A DNA stretch of 64,000 nucleotides, from contig CAZIWN010000001.1 in the NCBI GenBank assembly GCA_964543265.1, positions 38,470-102,469 on the forward strand. Reading direction: 5' to 3'. The DNA is from an uncultured Candidatus Saccharibacteria bacterium (GTDB lineage: Bacteria > Patescibacteriota > Minisyncoccia > UBA6257 > 1-14-0-10-40-38). Under the pieces are notes generated by a model. It saw only the letters and a program-made list of their open reading frames with translations. It was not told the origin of the DNA and searched no databases. Shown piece by piece: positions 37,880 to 48,155 of this stretch; the first letter of the stretch is position 1; each line of letters starts with the position of its first letter. Position numbers and translations under genes: made by a program.

Positions 37880-38533
37880 ATGGAGGCAAAAGTTTACAAT
37901 TTTAATAAGGAAGTCGTAGGAAAAGTTTCTCTTCCAGAATCAGTTTTCGGAAGAAAATGGAATCCAGACCTAGTTGATCAAGCTCTAAAAGCAGAAGTTG
38001 CTAATAGGCGCGTTGTTACTGCGCACGCCAAGGGCAGAGGAGAAGTTTCCGGAGGAGGAAAGAAGCCTTGGAGACAAAAAGGAACAGGCCGTGCTCGTCA
38101 TGGATCCATCAGATCTCCATTGTGGAGCGGAGGAGGAGTCTCTTTGGGACCAAATGAAAATCGCAATTTTTCTTTAAAGATTAATAAAAAGATGAAGCGC
38201 GGTGCTCTTTATTCTTTACTTTCAAAGAAATTAACATCTGAAAATGTAATGTTTTTAGACACTTTAAATTCAAAATTCACAAAAACCAAAGAATTAGATA
38301 AGGCTTTAAAAACTTTCTTAAAAGCTGATAAATCTGCCAAAAATCTTTCAGTTCTTTTAGTTGCAGATAAAGATAATCAATCAATATTTAAAATTTCAAG
38401 AAATATTCCAAAAGTTTCTTCTGTTAGGGCTAAAGATTTAGATATCGAATCAGTTTTAAAATATAAAAATATCCTAATAGAAAAAAATTCAGTCCCTGAA
38501 TTTAAAGAAGTTAAATCTAAAATCGTTAAATAA
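37880..38533 (+). CDS. rplD: 50S ribosomal protein L4
   Basis: KPWRQKGTGRARHGSIRSP. Confidence 0.97.
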   Translation: MEAKVYNFNKEVVGKVSLPESVFGRKWNPDLVDQALKAEVANRRVVTAHAKGRGEVSGGGKKPWRQKGTGRARHGSIRSPLWSGGGVSLGPNENRNFSLKINKKMKRGALYSLLSKKLTSENVMFLDTLNSKFTKTKELDKALKTFLKADKSAKNLSVLLVADKDNQSIFKISRNIPKVSSVRAKDLDIESVLKYKNILIEKNSVPEFKEVKSKIVK

Positions 38534-38538
38534 AATCC

Positions 38539-38817
38539 ATGGATAAGTTTTTAATTAAAAAACCAATAGTCACTGAAAAATCTGTAAGCGAAGCCGAGAT
38601 CGGCAAGTACGTGTTTTTAGTCAGTGATTCTGCAACTAAGCCAGAAGTTAAAAAAGCTTTAAAGGGTATTTATAAAGTTGATACTGTAAAAATCAATATA
38701 GTAAATTCCAGACCAAAAACAAAAAGAATGGGTAATTACCTTTACAGCAAATCAGGATATAAAAAGGCGATTGTCACCCTTAAAAAGGGCCAAAAACTAG
38801 ACATTTTACAAAGTTAA
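38539..38817 (+). CDS. rplW: 50S ribosomal protein L23
   Basis: PIVTEKS, YKKAIVTL. Confidence 0.95.
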   Translation: MDKFLIKKPIVTEKSVSEAEIGKYVFLVSDSATKPEVKKALKGIYKVDTVKINIVNSRPKTKRMGNYLYSKSGYKKAIVTLKKGQKLDILQS

Positions 38818-38839
38818 ATATAGAATTATCTCCACTCAA

Positions 38840-39676
38840 ATGAAGACTTATAAGCCTACAACTCCATCAAGACGCCAAATGACCAATATTAATTATTCGG
38901 AGGTTTTGACGTCTAACGTTGAGAGACATAAGCCTTTGACTATGAGGATTTTGGCCAGTGCCGGAAGAAATAACAGGGGAGTAATCACTGTTAGACATCA
39001 AGGATCTGGAAATAAAAAACTCTATAGAATAATCGACTTTTTACAGAACAAATTAAACGTTCCAGGTAGAGTTGAGACTATTGAATATGATCCATACAGA
39101 ACTGCTTTCATAGCTTTAGTTTGCTATAAAGACGGAGAAAGAAGATATGTTTTAGCTCCAAAAGATTTAAGGGTTGGAGAAGAAATTATCGTATCAGAAT
39201 CAGCCCCTATTAAGTTGGGCAATCGCTTAAAGTTAAAAAACCTTCCTTTAGGAACTCTAGTTCATAATATCGAAATGGTTCCAAACGAAGGAGGAAAGCT
39301 CGCCAGATCTGCCGGATCTTTTGCTGAAGTTTTTGGAATTGAAGGCAAGTACTGCATTTTAAAGTTGGGTTCTAAGGAAGTTAGAAAAGTTCCTTCAGAA
39401 TGTTTCGCTACCGTTGGCCAAGTTTCTAATCCAGATTGGAATTTGGTAAATATAGGAAAGGCTGGAAAATCTCGTGGTTTGGGAATTAGGCCAACTGTCC
39501 GCGGAAGCGTAATGAACCCATGTGATCACCCATATGGAGGAGGAGAAGGTAGACAACCAAGAGGAACCAAGAGACCAAAGACCATGTGGGGTAAGGTTAC
39601 TGGTGGAAGAAAAACAAGACACAAAAAGAAGTCTTCAACAAGGCTTATTATGCAACGTCGTCCAAAAATAAGATAA
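38840..39676 (+). CDS. rplB: 50S ribosomal protein L2
   Basis: GRNNRG.IT.RH, EYDP, RPTVRG..MNP.DHP.GGGEG. Confidence 0.98.
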   Translation: MKTYKPTTPSRRQMTNINYSEVLTSNVERHKPLTMRILASAGRNNRGVITVRHQGSGNKKLYRIIDFLQNKLNVPGRVETIEYDPYRTAFIALVCYKDGERRYVLAPKDLRVGEEIIVSESAPIKLGNRLKLKNLPLGTLVHNIEMVPNEGGKLARSAGSFAEVFGIEGKYCILKLGSKEVRKVPSECFATVGQVSNPDWNLVNIGKAGKSRGLGIRPTVRGSVMNPCDHPYGGGEGRQPRGTKRPKTMWGKVTGGRKTRHKKKSSTRLIMQRRPKIR

Positions 39677-39680
39677 AACT

Positions 39681-40031
39681 ATGTCTAGATCAAGCAGAAA
39701 AGGGCCTTATGTTGACCCAAGGCTTTTGAAAAAAATATCAAAATTAAAAATCAACGATCCTTCAGTTATCAAAACCTGGAGCCGTTCTTCTGAAATTTCT
39801 CCAGAAATGGTTGGTTTTACTTTTGGAGTTCACAATGGAAAGACTCATGTCGAGGTGACTGTTCGCGAAGAAATGGTTGGACACCGCTTGGGTGAATTTT
39901 CTCCAACAACTAAATTCGTTAAACACGGAGGAAAAATGCAAAGAGAATTAGAAGCCAGCCAAAAAGCGGCTGAAGTTGAAAAAGCAAAAGCAGCCAAAGC
40001 TCCTGCAGCTTCTGCGCTTCCTAAGAAATAG
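39681..40031 (+). CDS. rpsS: 30S ribosomal protein S19
   Basis: [18 protein letters not shown]. Confidence 0.97.
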   Translation: MSRSSRKGPYVDPRLLKKISKLKINDPSVIKTWSRSSEISPEMVGFTFGVHNGKTHVEVTVREEMVGHRLGEFSPTTKFVKHGGKMQRELEASQKAAEVEKAKAAKAPAASALPKK

Positions 40032-40039
40032 ACAAAAAC

Positions 40040-40576
40040 ATGAATCAAGAAACAGTAAAATTAAGTTTTCTAAAAATAGCACCAAGAAAAGTCCGCTTAA
40101 TAGCGAATACTTTGCGTGGTCTTTCTTATAGCGAAGCAGAAGCTCAATTAATGCTTAGACCACAAAGAGCTTCAGATCCTTTATTAAAGCTTTTAAGATC
40201 AGCCGGAGCTAATGTCAGAAACAATAAAAAATCTTCACCAGAAAAATATATAGTTTCAGAGATTTTTGTTAATCAAGGACCAGTTTTAAAGAGAATCTTG
40301 CCTCGTGCTAAAGGTATGGCTACTCCAATACATAAAATAATGAGCCATGTCGTTTTAGTTTTAAAAGAGTCAGAAAAAGAAAATCCATCTAGATTCTTAA
40401 TTGTTAAAAAAGAAAAGCCTAAGAAAGAAGAAAAAAAGAATAAAAGAAAAGCAACCGACAAAAAAGTAGAAGTTCACACAGATTCAAAGAAGCACGTGGA
40501 TTCTCATAAAGAAAAAGGAGAGGTTGCTCCAAAAGAAGGTCTTATGAAAAAAATGTTTAGAAGAAAATCAGTATAA
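40040..40576 (+). CDS. rplV: 50S ribosomal protein L22 with Lys-rich C-terminal extension
   Basis: APRKVRL, GP.LKR..PRAKG. Confidence 0.95.
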   Translation: MNQETVKLSFLKIAPRKVRLIANTLRGLSYSEAEAQLMLRPQRASDPLLKLLRSAGANVRNNKKSSPEKYIVSEIFVNQGPVLKRILPRAKGMATPIHKIMSHVVLVLKESEKENPSRFLIVKKEKPKKEEKKNKRKATDKKVEVHTDSKKHVDSHKEKGEVAPKEGLMKKMFRRKSV

Positions 40577-40582
40577 AATAAT

Positions 40583-41302
40583 ATGGGACAAAAAATTCGC
40601 CCCGACTCACTAAGGTTGGGAATAATCGGAGACTGGCAGAGTAAATGGTTTCCTAAAAATGGATACAAGAACAGCTTACAAGAAGACGAGCTTATTAGAG
40701 ATATTATTAAAGCAAAATTAAAAGATGCTGGAATTATTTCTATAATCATCGAAAGACCATTAGATAATTCTTGGAGAGTAACTGTTAAAGTTGGACGCCC
40801 TGGAATAGCTATCGGCCGCGGAGGAAAAGGAATCGAAGAGTTAACCAAAGAAATTGAAGCTAAATTAAAAGCTCTTTTAAAGAAAAGAGTTATTAGAGAT
40901 ATTAAAATCACTGATAAAACAAAAGTTCCTCCAGTTTCCGTAAAGATGAACGTAGAAGAGCTTAAGAGAAACGATATTTCCGCCATGTATGTTGCTCAAT
41001 TAATCGCTTGGGATTTGGAAAAAAGAACTCCAGGAAGACGTGTTTTAAAAAGACACTTAGATTTAATGATTCAAAATAGAGAAGTTAAAGGTGCCAAAAT
41101 AAAACTTTCTGGAAGAATTGACGGTGCAGAAATCTCCAGACGCGAAATGCTTTCCGCCAAAAAACTTCCACTTCAGACCTTACGTGCCAATATCGATTAT
41201 GGAACAGCAACTGCTCATAACACATATGGAACAGTTGGCGTAAAAGTCTGGATATATAAGGGCGATGTTTTTGAACAAAAATCAAAAAAATTGGACAATT
41301 AG
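40583..41302 (+). CDS. rpsC: 30S ribosomal protein S3
   Basis: MGQK, RPG..IG..G, PLQTLRANIDY, GVKVWI. Confidence 0.97.
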   Translation: MGQKIRPDSLRLGIIGDWQSKWFPKNGYKNSLQEDELIRDIIKAKLKDAGIISIIIERPLDNSWRVTVKVGRPGIAIGRGGKGIEELTKEIEAKLKALLKKRVIRDIKITDKTKVPPVSVKMNVEELKRNDISAMYVAQLIAWDLEKRTPGRRVLKRHLDLMIQNREVKGAKIKLSGRIDGAEISRREMLSAKKLPLQTLRANIDYGTATAHNTYGTVGVKVWIYKGDVFEQKSKKLDN

Positions 41303-41330
41303 TTTTTATTTGTGCTATTTTATATAAACC

Positions 41331-41750
41331 ATGCTTATACCGAAAAAAGTAAAACATAGAAAGTGGATGAAGGGACGTTCCTTGAGTAGAATGGTTGAAA
41401 CTCGCGGAACTAGTCTTGCTTTTGGCTCTTTCGGATTAAAAGCAGAAAGTGCAGCTTGGCTCAATTCAAAACAGATTGAAGCCGGCAGACGTTCTTTGAC
41501 TAATTTCTTAAAGAGGCAAGGAAAAGTCTTTATCAGGGTTTTCCCAGATAAGCCAATCACCAAACAAGCCCCAGAAAAAACTCTTGGAGGAGGTAAGGGA
41601 GCTGTTGATCATTATGTTTTTCCTGTTAAACCGGGAAGGATTATTTTTGAGGTTGATGGAGTTTCTAGAGAAATCGCCAGAGAGGCTTTAAGGGTCACAG
41701 GATTTAAGATGCCTATGAGAACAAGAATCATAGAAAAAGAGCAGAAATAA
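41331..41750 (+). CDS. rplP: 50S ribosomal protein L16
   Basis: IRVFPDKPIT, GGGKG, VKPGRIIFE. Confidence 0.97.
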   Translation: MLIPKKVKHRKWMKGRSLSRMVETRGTSLAFGSFGLKAESAAWLNSKQIEAGRRSLTNFLKRQGKVFIRVFPDKPITKQAPEKTLGGGKGAVDHYVFPVKPGRIIFEVDGVSREIAREALRVTGFKMPMRTRIIEKEQK

Positions 41751-41754
41751 AAAC

Positions 41755-41958
41755 ATGAAAAGAAAAGATTTTTTGAAGGACATAGCAAATAAAGGAGAGA
41801 AAGAATTAAAGAAGGACTTATCTGATTTAAAAGATAAGCTCTGGGATTTGAATTCTCAATTTATTGCTGGAAAAACTAAAAATTTCCAAGAGATAAGTTC
41901 TGTCAAAAAAAATATCGCAAGAATTTTCACAAAGTTAAATAGTCAGAATAAAAAATAA
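41755..41958 (+). CDS. rpmC: 50S ribosomal protein L29
   Basis: KKNIARIFT; position in S10 operon. Confidence 0.9.
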   Translation: MKRKDFLKDIANKGEKELKKDLSDLKDKLWDLNSQFIAGKTKNFQEISSVKKNIARIFTKLNSQNKK

Positions 41959-41962
41959 AATC

Positions 41963-42190
41963 ATGAAGAAGCTTACAGGCGAAGTCGTCAGCGACAAAAT
42001 GAATAAGACAAGAGTCATAGAAATCGTTCAATGGAAAAAGAACGAGAAGTATTTGAAGTATTTCAAAATTTCAAAGCGCTTTAAAGCTCATGATGAAAAA
42101 AATGAATATAAAATTGGAGATAAGGTTGAAATAGTGGAAACCAAGCCAATGAGTCGTGAAAAGAGATGGGTTATTTCTAAAAAGATTTAA
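41963..42190 (+). CDS. rpsQ: 30S ribosomal protein S17
   Basis: [23 protein letters not shown]. Confidence 0.95.
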   Translation: MKKLTGEVVSDKMNKTRVIEIVQWKKNEKYLKYFKISKRFKAHDEKNEYKIGDKVEIVETKPMSREKRWVISKKI

Positions 42191-42199
42191 AATAAAAAC

Positions 42200-42568
42200 A
42201 TGGTACAAGAAAGGGCGATATTAAAAGTTGCAGATAATTCAGGCGCAAAATTCATCAGAGTTTTCCGCGTCTTAGGTGGTTCTAGAAAGCGCTATTCCCA
42301 TTTAGGAGAAATTGTCGTTGCTTCTGTTCAGAGCGCAGAACCAAGAAAAGCTATTAAAAAGAAAGATATCGTCAAAGCTGTAATAGTCAGAACAAGAAAT
42401 CCAATTAGACGTGCTGACGGAGTTGTCTTAAGGTTTGATGAAAATGCCGCAGTTATTATAGATGATAAAAAGGCTCCTAAGGCAACCAGAATCTTCGGAC
42501 CTATTCCAAGAGAAATTAAAAAATTTGGTTACGATCAAATTTTCAGCATGGCTGAAGAAATTGTTTAA
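42200..42568 (+). CDS. rplN: 50S ribosomal protein L14
   Basis: VADNSGA, FDENAAV, TRIFGP. Confidence 0.97.
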   Translation: MVQERAILKVADNSGAKFIRVFRVLGGSRKRYSHLGEIVVASVQSAEPRKAIKKKDIVKAVIVRTRNPIRRADGVVLRFDENAAVIIDDKKAPKATRIFGPIPREIKKFGYDQIFSMAEEIV

Positions 42569-42576
42569 TTAAATCT

Positions 42577-42882
42577 ATGAATATTAAGAAAGGAGACATA
42601 GTCCAGGTAATATCTGGAAAAGAATCAGGAAAAAAGGGCAAGGTCCTTGGCTTAGATTTGAAAAAAAATAGAATCACGGTTGAGGGTTTGAATTTGTATA
42701 AAAAGAATGTCCGCCCAAAAAGAGAAGGAGAAAAGGGACAAATCGTAGAACTTCCTCGCTCTATTAGCTACTCTAATATATTGCTCTATTGTTCTCATTG
42801 CGAGAAAGGAGTGAGATTTGGGGTAAAGGTAGAGAAGGATTCAAAGTCTAGGTATTGCAAAAAATGCAAAATTTCTTTATAA
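42577..42882 (+). CDS. rplX: 50S ribosomal protein L24
   Basis: IKKGD.V.VISGKE.GK.G. Confidence 0.95.
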   Translation: MNIKKGDIVQVISGKESGKKGKVLGLDLKKNRITVEGLNLYKKNVRPKREGEKGQIVELPRSISYSNILLYCSHCEKGVRFGVKVEKDSKSRYCKKCKISL

Positions 42883-42910
42883 ATAATATCTTCAAGAATT
42901 ATATAAAAAC

Positions 42911-43411
42911 ATGGATAAAGTAAGGTCGGAAATATTGAATAATTTGGAAAAAGTAGTAATAAACTCCGGTTTAGGAAAAATTTCCTCTTCAGGTAATGAT
43001 TTTGAAGGGAAAATTTTGCCTGGAATAATTGCCGATTTTAGAAGTATCACCGGACAAGCTCCTTCAACTAGAGCTGCTAAAATTTCAATCTCCGGCTTTA
43101 AATTAAGAGAAGGTTCTATTGTTGGATTAATGACAACCCTCAGAGGAAAGAGAATGGCAGACTTCTTAACTAAGCTTAATAATTCAGTATTTCCTAGAAT
43201 CAGGGACTTCAGGGGTATAAATAAAACTAGCGTTGATAATTCTGGAAATCTTTCTATGGGAATAAAAGAATCTGTTGCTTTTCCAGAAATAAGCCCAGAC
43301 GTTCAGAGAAACAATTTCGGAGTCGAGATAACTTTGACCCTAAAAAATAGAACTCCTAGGGAAGAAGCTATTGCTTTTTATACTAAAATCGGAATACCAT
43401 TTAAAAAATAA
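42911..43411 (+). CDS. rplE: 50S ribosomal protein L5 (short N-terminus)
   Basis: [28 protein letters not shown]. Confidence 0.95.
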   Translation: MDKVRSEILNNLEKVVINSGLGKISSSGNDFEGKILPGIIADFRSITGQAPSTRAAKISISGFKLREGSIVGLMTTLRGKRMADFLTKLNNSVFPRIRDFRGINKTSVDNSGNLSMGIKESVAFPEISPDVQRNNFGVEITLTLKNRTPREEAIAFYTKIGIPFKK

Positions 43412-43413
43412 AT

Positions 43414-43599
43414 ATGGCAAAGACATCTGTAATGGCAAGGTCTCTCAAAAGACCAAAATATATGACTCGCACTGTAAGACGCTGCTTCCGCTGTGGAAGA
43501 AAAGCCGGCTTCTTGAGAGATTTTGGAATGTGCAGAATCTGTTTTAGGGAAATGGCTAGTCGCGGAGAAATTCCAGGAGTTAAAAAAGCAAGTTGGTAA
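43414..43599 (+). CDS. rpsN: 30S ribosomal protein S14, Zn-binding (type Z)
   Basis: RCFRCGR...CRICFR; 61 aa. Confidence 0.95.
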   Translation: MAKTSVMARSLKRPKYMTRTVRRCFRCGRKAGFLRDFGMCRICFREMASRGEIPGVKKASW

Positions 43600-43612
43600 G
43601 AAATTCAAGAAT

Positions 43613-43993
43613 ATGTATACAGACTTAATAACAAAAATCAAAAATTCGCAAAGAGCTAAAAAAGAGTACTTAAAAGTGCCATTTTCAAACATGGATAGCT
43701 CTATTTTAGATTTAATGCAGAAATATGGATTCATCGAGTCTGTATCTAAAAAAGGAAGACTTCCAAAAAGAGTTTTAGAGATCAAACTTAAATATGAAGG
43801 TGGAGAAGGATATATAAGAGGATCTAAATTCTTAAGTAAATCAGGTAGACGTCTCTATGGCGGATATTCAGATTTAAAAACCGTTGCTCAGGGTTATGGT
43901 TTGGGAGTAATTTCAACACCAAAAGGAATAATGAGCTATAATGACGCAAAAAAATCAAAGGTTGGCGGAGAACTTTTATTTGAAATTTGGTAA
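43613..43993 (+). CDS. rpsH: 30S ribosomal protein S8
   Basis: Start reassigned to ATG 43613 (MYTDLITKIKN); STPKGIM, GGE. Confidence 0.95.
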   Translation: MYTDLITKIKNSQRAKKEYLKVPFSNMDSSILDLMQKYGFIESVSKKGRLPKRVLEIKLKYEGGEGYIRGSKFLSKSGRRLYGGYSDLKTVAQGYGLGVISTPKGIMSYNDAKKSKVGGELLFEIW

Positions 43994-44003
43994 AAATTAA
44001 AAC

Positions 44004-44549
44004 ATGTCAAAAATAGCTAAAAAACCAATAAGCATTCTAGATGGCGTCAAGGCTGAAGTTTCTGGAAAAGAAATTAAATTTTCCGGACCTCTCGGTAGCT
44101 TAACTATGCCTGTTATGGAATTTATTTCTTGTGAAATTAAAGATAATGCTTTTCTTTTAACTAAGAAATCAGATTCAGTTCAAGCCAGAGCCAACTGGGG
44201 AACAATGGCTTCTTTAATCAGAAACTGTATGGAGGGTGTAAAATTAGGATTTACCAAATCTTTAGAAATAGAAGGAATAGGTTTTAAGGCTCAAATGGAG
44301 GGAAAAAATTTAGTTCTTTCTGTGGGCTTCACTCACACCGTAAAAATAACTCCTAAGGCAGGAATTACTCTTTCAGTTGAAAAAAACGTTATTAAAGTTT
44401 CTGGAATGGATAAAAATGTTGTTGGTCAAACAGCTGCTGAAATAAGAAAAGTCAAAAAACCAGAACCATATAAGGGTAAGGGAATTCATTACGTCGGAGA
44501 AAGAATAATTAGGAAAGAAGGTAAAAAAGTTGCCGGTTCAACAGCATAG
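44004..44549 (+). CDS. rplF: 50S ribosomal protein L6
   Basis: PEPYKGKGI. Confidence 0.97.
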   Translation: MSKIAKKPISILDGVKAEVSGKEIKFSGPLGSLTMPVMEFISCEIKDNAFLLTKKSDSVQARANWGTMASLIRNCMEGVKLGFTKSLEIEGIGFKAQMEGKNLVLSVGFTHTVKITPKAGITLSVEKNVIKVSGMDKNVVGQTAAEIRKVKKPEPYKGKGIHYVGERIIRKEGKKVAGSTA

Positions 44550-44565
44550 TTAAAATCATAAAAAT

Positions 44566-44913
44566 ATGAGAAAAGTTTTGAGACAGAATTTAATAAGAGA
44601 AAGAAGAAAAATAAGAGTTTCTAAAAAGATAAACGGTTCTTCAACTATGCCAAGAATTTCCGTATTCAGAAGTAATAAATATCTTCAGGTTCAATTAATT
44701 GATGATGTTGCAGAAAAAACCTTAATAGGCGGAACAACCAAGTCCCTTAAGGGTAAAAAAACAGAACAATCTATTGAATTAGGAAAGACAATAGCTCAGA
44801 AAGCTATAAAAGCCGGAATTAAATCCGCGGTCTTAGACAGAAATAAATATAGATATCACGGAAGAATCAAAGCCTTTGTCGAAAGTTTAAGGAATAACGG
44901 AATTAAGATATAA
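44566..44913 (+). CDS. rplR: 50S ribosomal protein L18
   Basis: PRISVFRSN, DR..Y.YHGR. Confidence 0.95.
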   Translation: MRKVLRQNLIRERRKIRVSKKINGSSTMPRISVFRSNKYLQVQLIDDVAEKTLIGGTTKSLKGKKTEQSIELGKTIAQKAIKAGIKSAVLDRNKYRYHGRIKAFVESLRNNGIKI

Positions 44914-44918
44914 AAATT

Positions 44919-45392
44919 ATGAAGCCAAGAGAAAGATTTCAAAAAAAGGAAGAATTTCAAGACAAAGTCTTAGACTTGAGACGTGTTACTCGTGTAACAA
45001 AGGGAGGTAAACGTTTTAGATTTAGGGCCACCGTTATCATCGGTGATGGAAAGGGAAGAGTTGGTGCAGGAATCGCAAAAGGAAGCGATGCTTCTCAGGC
45101 CATATCTAAAGCCAGAACCAAGGCTACTAAAAACGTAATCAATGTTCCTTTAAGAGGAAGAACAATCATCCATCAAGTTGATGCTAAATTCAGCGCCGCA
45201 AGAATTATTCTCAAACCAGCCACAGAAGGTCACGGACTTATCGCTGGAGGTTCGGCTAGAACCGTTCTTTCTTTAGCTGGAGTACGCGATATAACAGCAA
45301 AAAGCTTAGGCAGAACTCCTAATAAATTGACTAATGCTCTAGCTACAATCGAAGCGTTGAAGAAATTAAGAGTAAGAAAGATGATAAAATAA
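44919..45392 (+). CDS. rpsE: 30S ribosomal protein S5
   Basis: RVTRVTKGGKRFRF, G.G.IAGG. Confidence 0.97.
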   Translation: MKPRERFQKKEEFQDKVLDLRRVTRVTKGGKRFRFRATVIIGDGKGRVGAGIAKGSDASQAISKARTKATKNVINVPLRGRTIIHQVDAKFSAARIILKPATEGHGLIAGGSARTVLSLAGVRDITAKSLGRTPNKLTNALATIEALKKLRVRKMIK

Positions 45393-45396
45393 AAAC

Positions 45397-45816
45397 ATGC
45401 AACTTCACGAACTACAAAGAAATAATCCCCTTAAGAGGAAGAAAGCTCCAGTTGGCCGCGGAGGTAAACGTGGAACTTATTCCGGAAAAGGAACCAAGGG
45501 ACAAAAAGCCAGATCAGGACACAGAATTCGTCCAGCTCAAAGGGATCTTATTCAGAGACTTCCTAAAATGAGAGGTTATAAAAATAAGATTAAAGATGAA
45601 GCTTCGACAGAAGTCAGCTTAAATGATTTATCTAAATTAAATTTAAAAGAAATCTCAAAGAAAACTCTTTTAGAAGCTGGAGTTATTAAAAAGATCGGCC
45701 AGAATGTAAAAATTTTAGGAACCGGTGAAATTAAAAATGCTTTACACATTAAAGGCATAAAGCTTTCCGCATCTGCTAAGGAAAAAATATTAGCATCTGG
45801 TGGAAAAGTTGAATAA
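45397..45816 (+). CDS. rplO: 50S ribosomal protein L15
   Basis: GRGG.RG..SG.G.KGQKARSG; directly after rpsE. Confidence 0.95.
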   Translation: MQLHELQRNNPLKRKKAPVGRGGKRGTYSGKGTKGQKARSGHRIRPAQRDLIQRLPKMRGYKNKIKDEASTEVSLNDLSKLNLKEISKKTLLEAGVIKKIGQNVKILGTGEIKNALHIKGIKLSASAKEKILASGGKVE

Positions 45817-45832
45817 TTACAACTGATTTAAA

Positions 45833-47110
45833 ATGTTTAATAAAATAGCTCAAATATTCAAAGTTAAAGATATTAGGTCCAAAATTCTAATGACCTTGCT
45901 TTGGCTGGGAGTTTTTAGATTATTGGCCATAATTCCAATTCCAGGAGTTAATGCTGCTAACCTTAAGGGATTTCTTAATTCTAATCAGCTATTCGGTTTC
46001 TTAAATATTTTTTCAGGAGGATCTCTAAGCAGGCTTTCGGTGATGATGTTAGGAGTTGGTCCATACATTACTTCAACTATTATCATGCAGCTCTTAACCA
46101 TGGTTTTCCCTCGCTTTAAAGAAATGTATAACGAAGAGGGTAGCGCAGGTAAAGCTAAATTTAATCGCTATTCAAGATTTTTAATGATTCCTTTAGCGGC
46201 TCTTCAAGGATTTACATTTTTAAAACTTTTACAGAATCAGGGAGTTATAGCCCCTCTCGGAATTTTTGAAGTTATTGCCAACGTTATTGTGATAGTCACT
46301 GGTTCGGTTATCTTGATGTGGATTGGAGAAATTATCAGTGAATATAAGATAGGTAATGGAACATCTCTTATAATCTTAAGCGGTATAGTTTCCAGTATTC
46401 CCACAACAATTAAAAATGCTTTAGTTTCTTACGATGCCAGTCTTATTGCAACCTATATTGCTTTTGTAGTCTTAAGTATCGTGATTATAGCTGGAATAGT
46501 TTTTGTTAACCAAGGAGAAAGAAGAATTGCAGTTTCTTATTCAAAAAGAATTAAGGGCAATAAAATGTATGGAGGCTCAATGAGTCATCTCCCATTAAAA
46601 GTTAACCAGGCAGGAGTTATTCCAATTATATTCGCCATCTCAATCATGCTCTTTCCTCAATTTTTAGCTCAAATAGTTGCCACTTTTTCCAAGGGAGGAT
46701 TAGCTACAAGAATTACGGATTATATTAACGCCTTTTTCAACAATCAAGCAGTTTACTCAATTTCATATTTTCTTTTAGTTGTAATTTTCACTTATTTCTA
46801 CACCTCAATCACATTTGATTCAAAAGAGATTTCAAAAAATTTGCAAAGAAGCGGAGCTTTCATTCCGGGTATTCGCCCAGGAGATCCGTCTTCAGAATTT
46901 TTATCTAAAACAACTAAGAAAGTCACTTTCTTTGGAGCTGTGTTTTTGGGAATAGTTGCTATTTTACCAAATTTAACTAGAGCCCTAACCGGACTTCAGA
47001 TTTTATCAATCGGAGGAACAAGTTTACTTATCGTTGTCTCGGTTGCGCTAGAAACAATGAAGCAGTTAAATTCTCAATTAGTCGCCAGAGAATATGAAGG
47101 ATTTGAATAA
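45833..47110 (+). CDS. secY: Preprotein translocase SecY
   Basis: LGVGPYITSTII, GNGTSLII, AGVIPIIFA, FIPGIRPG, GGTSLLIVV. Confidence 0.97.
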   Translation: MFNKIAQIFKVKDIRSKILMTLLWLGVFRLLAIIPIPGVNAANLKGFLNSNQLFGFLNIFSGGSLSRLSVMMLGVGPYITSTIIMQLLTMVFPRFKEMYNEEGSAGKAKFNRYSRFLMIPLAALQGFTFLKLLQNQGVIAPLGIFEVIANVIVIVTGSVILMWIGEIISEYKIGNGTSLIILSGIVSSIPTTIKNALVSYDASLIATYIAFVVLSIVIIAGIVFVNQGERRIAVSYSKRIKGNKMYGGSMSHLPLKVNQAGVIPIIFAISIMLFPQFLAQIVATFSKGGLATRITDYINAFFNNQAVYSISYFLLVVIFTYFYTSITFDSKEISKNLQRSGAFIPGIRPGDPSSEFLSKTTKKVTFFGAVFLGIVAILPNLTRALTGLQILSIGGTSLLIVVSVALETMKQLNSQLVAREYEGFE

Positions 47111-47117
47111 TTTTAGT

Positions 47118-47146
47118 TTGACAATAGTATCAATTTTTAATAAAAT
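47118..47146 (+). promoter_or_regulatory. sigma70-type promoter for rpsL-rpsG-fusA
   Basis: TTGACA-17 nt-TAAAAT. Confidence 0.75.
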
Positions 47147-47162
47147 ATCTAAACATTAAACG

Positions 47163-47588
47163 ATGTCTACAATCTCTCAATTAGTTAGAAAAGGAAGGAA
47201 AAAGACCACATATAAATCAAAATCCCCAGCTATGGGAAGATATTTTAATACCATACAAAATAAGCCGGTTTTTTCCGCATCTCCATTCAAGAGAGGTGTT
47301 TGCATCAAGGTTGGAACTACCACTCCTAAAAAACCAAACTCAGCCGTTAGAAAAATTGCTAGAGTTCGTCTAACTAACGGAACCGAAGTAACCGCTTACA
47401 TCCCAGGAGAAAAACATAATCTTCAGGAACACTCCGTTGTTATGATCAGGGGTGGACGTGTCAAAGATTTGCCAGGAGTTAGATATCATATTGTTCGCGG
47501 AGTATTAGATGCTTCAGGAGTCGAAGGTCGTCGCCAGCAAAGATCGGGATATGGAGCCAAAACTCCAAAAGATGACGCCAAAAAATAG
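47163..47588 (+). CDS. rpsL: 30S ribosomal protein S12
   Basis: [21 protein letters not shown]. Confidence 0.98.
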   Translation: MSTISQLVRKGRKKTTYKSKSPAMGRYFNTIQNKPVFSASPFKRGVCIKVGTTTPKKPNSAVRKIARVRLTNGTEVTAYIPGEKHNLQEHSVVMIRGGRVKDLPGVRYHIVRGVLDASGVEGRRQQRSGYGAKTPKDDAKK

Positions 47589-47606
47589 AATCAAGAATAA
47601 ATTAAA

Positions 47607-48074
47607 ATGAGAAAGAAAAGAGTTTACAGAAAAAATTATAAGCCAGATCCAAAATTCCAAAGCATTCAGAATGGAAGGTTTATTAACTATATAATGCAAG
47701 AAGGAAAGAAAGATGTTGCCACCAAAATCTTTTATGACACTTTAGAGGTTATTAAAAAGCAGACCAAAGAAGAGGGAATTGCTGTTTTTGAAAAAGCTCT
47801 TTTAAATGTTACTCCAGAAGTTGAAGTTGGAACAAAGAGAGTCGGAGGAGCTAACTATCAAGTTCCAAAAGAAGTTAGACCTGAAAGAAAATTTATGTTG
47901 GCCGCTCGTTGGATTATTGCTGCTGCCAGAGCCAAGAAGGGAAAGCCAATCGCTGAAAGGCTAGCCGAAGAAATTATTTTGGCTTCTAAAAATGAAGGAT
48001 CAGCTATTAAAAAGAAGTTGGATACGCATCGTATGGCAGAAGCCAACCGCGCTTTCGCTCATTTTTCCTGGTAA
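47607..48074 (+). CDS. rpsG: 30S ribosomal protein S7
   Basis: RVGGANYQVP, HRMAEANRAFAHF. Confidence 0.98.
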   Translation: MRKKRVYRKNYKPDPKFQSIQNGRFINYIMQEGKKDVATKIFYDTLEVIKKQTKEEGIAVFEKALLNVTPEVEVGTKRVGGANYQVPKEVRPERKFMLAARWIIAAARAKKGKPIAERLAEEIILASKNEGSAIKKKLDTHRMAEANRAFAHFSW

Positions 48075-48091
48075 TCTTTATTATAAAATTA

Positions 48092-48126
48092 AAAGCCCAG
48101 ATTTTCTTTTCAAGAATCTGGGCTTT
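48092..48126 (+). promoter_or_regulatory. Hairpin between rpsG and fusA
   Basis: aaagcccagatt/aatctgggcttt. Confidence 0.55.
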
Positions 48127-48155
48127 GGTGAAAATATTAAATCGAAAATTTATTT

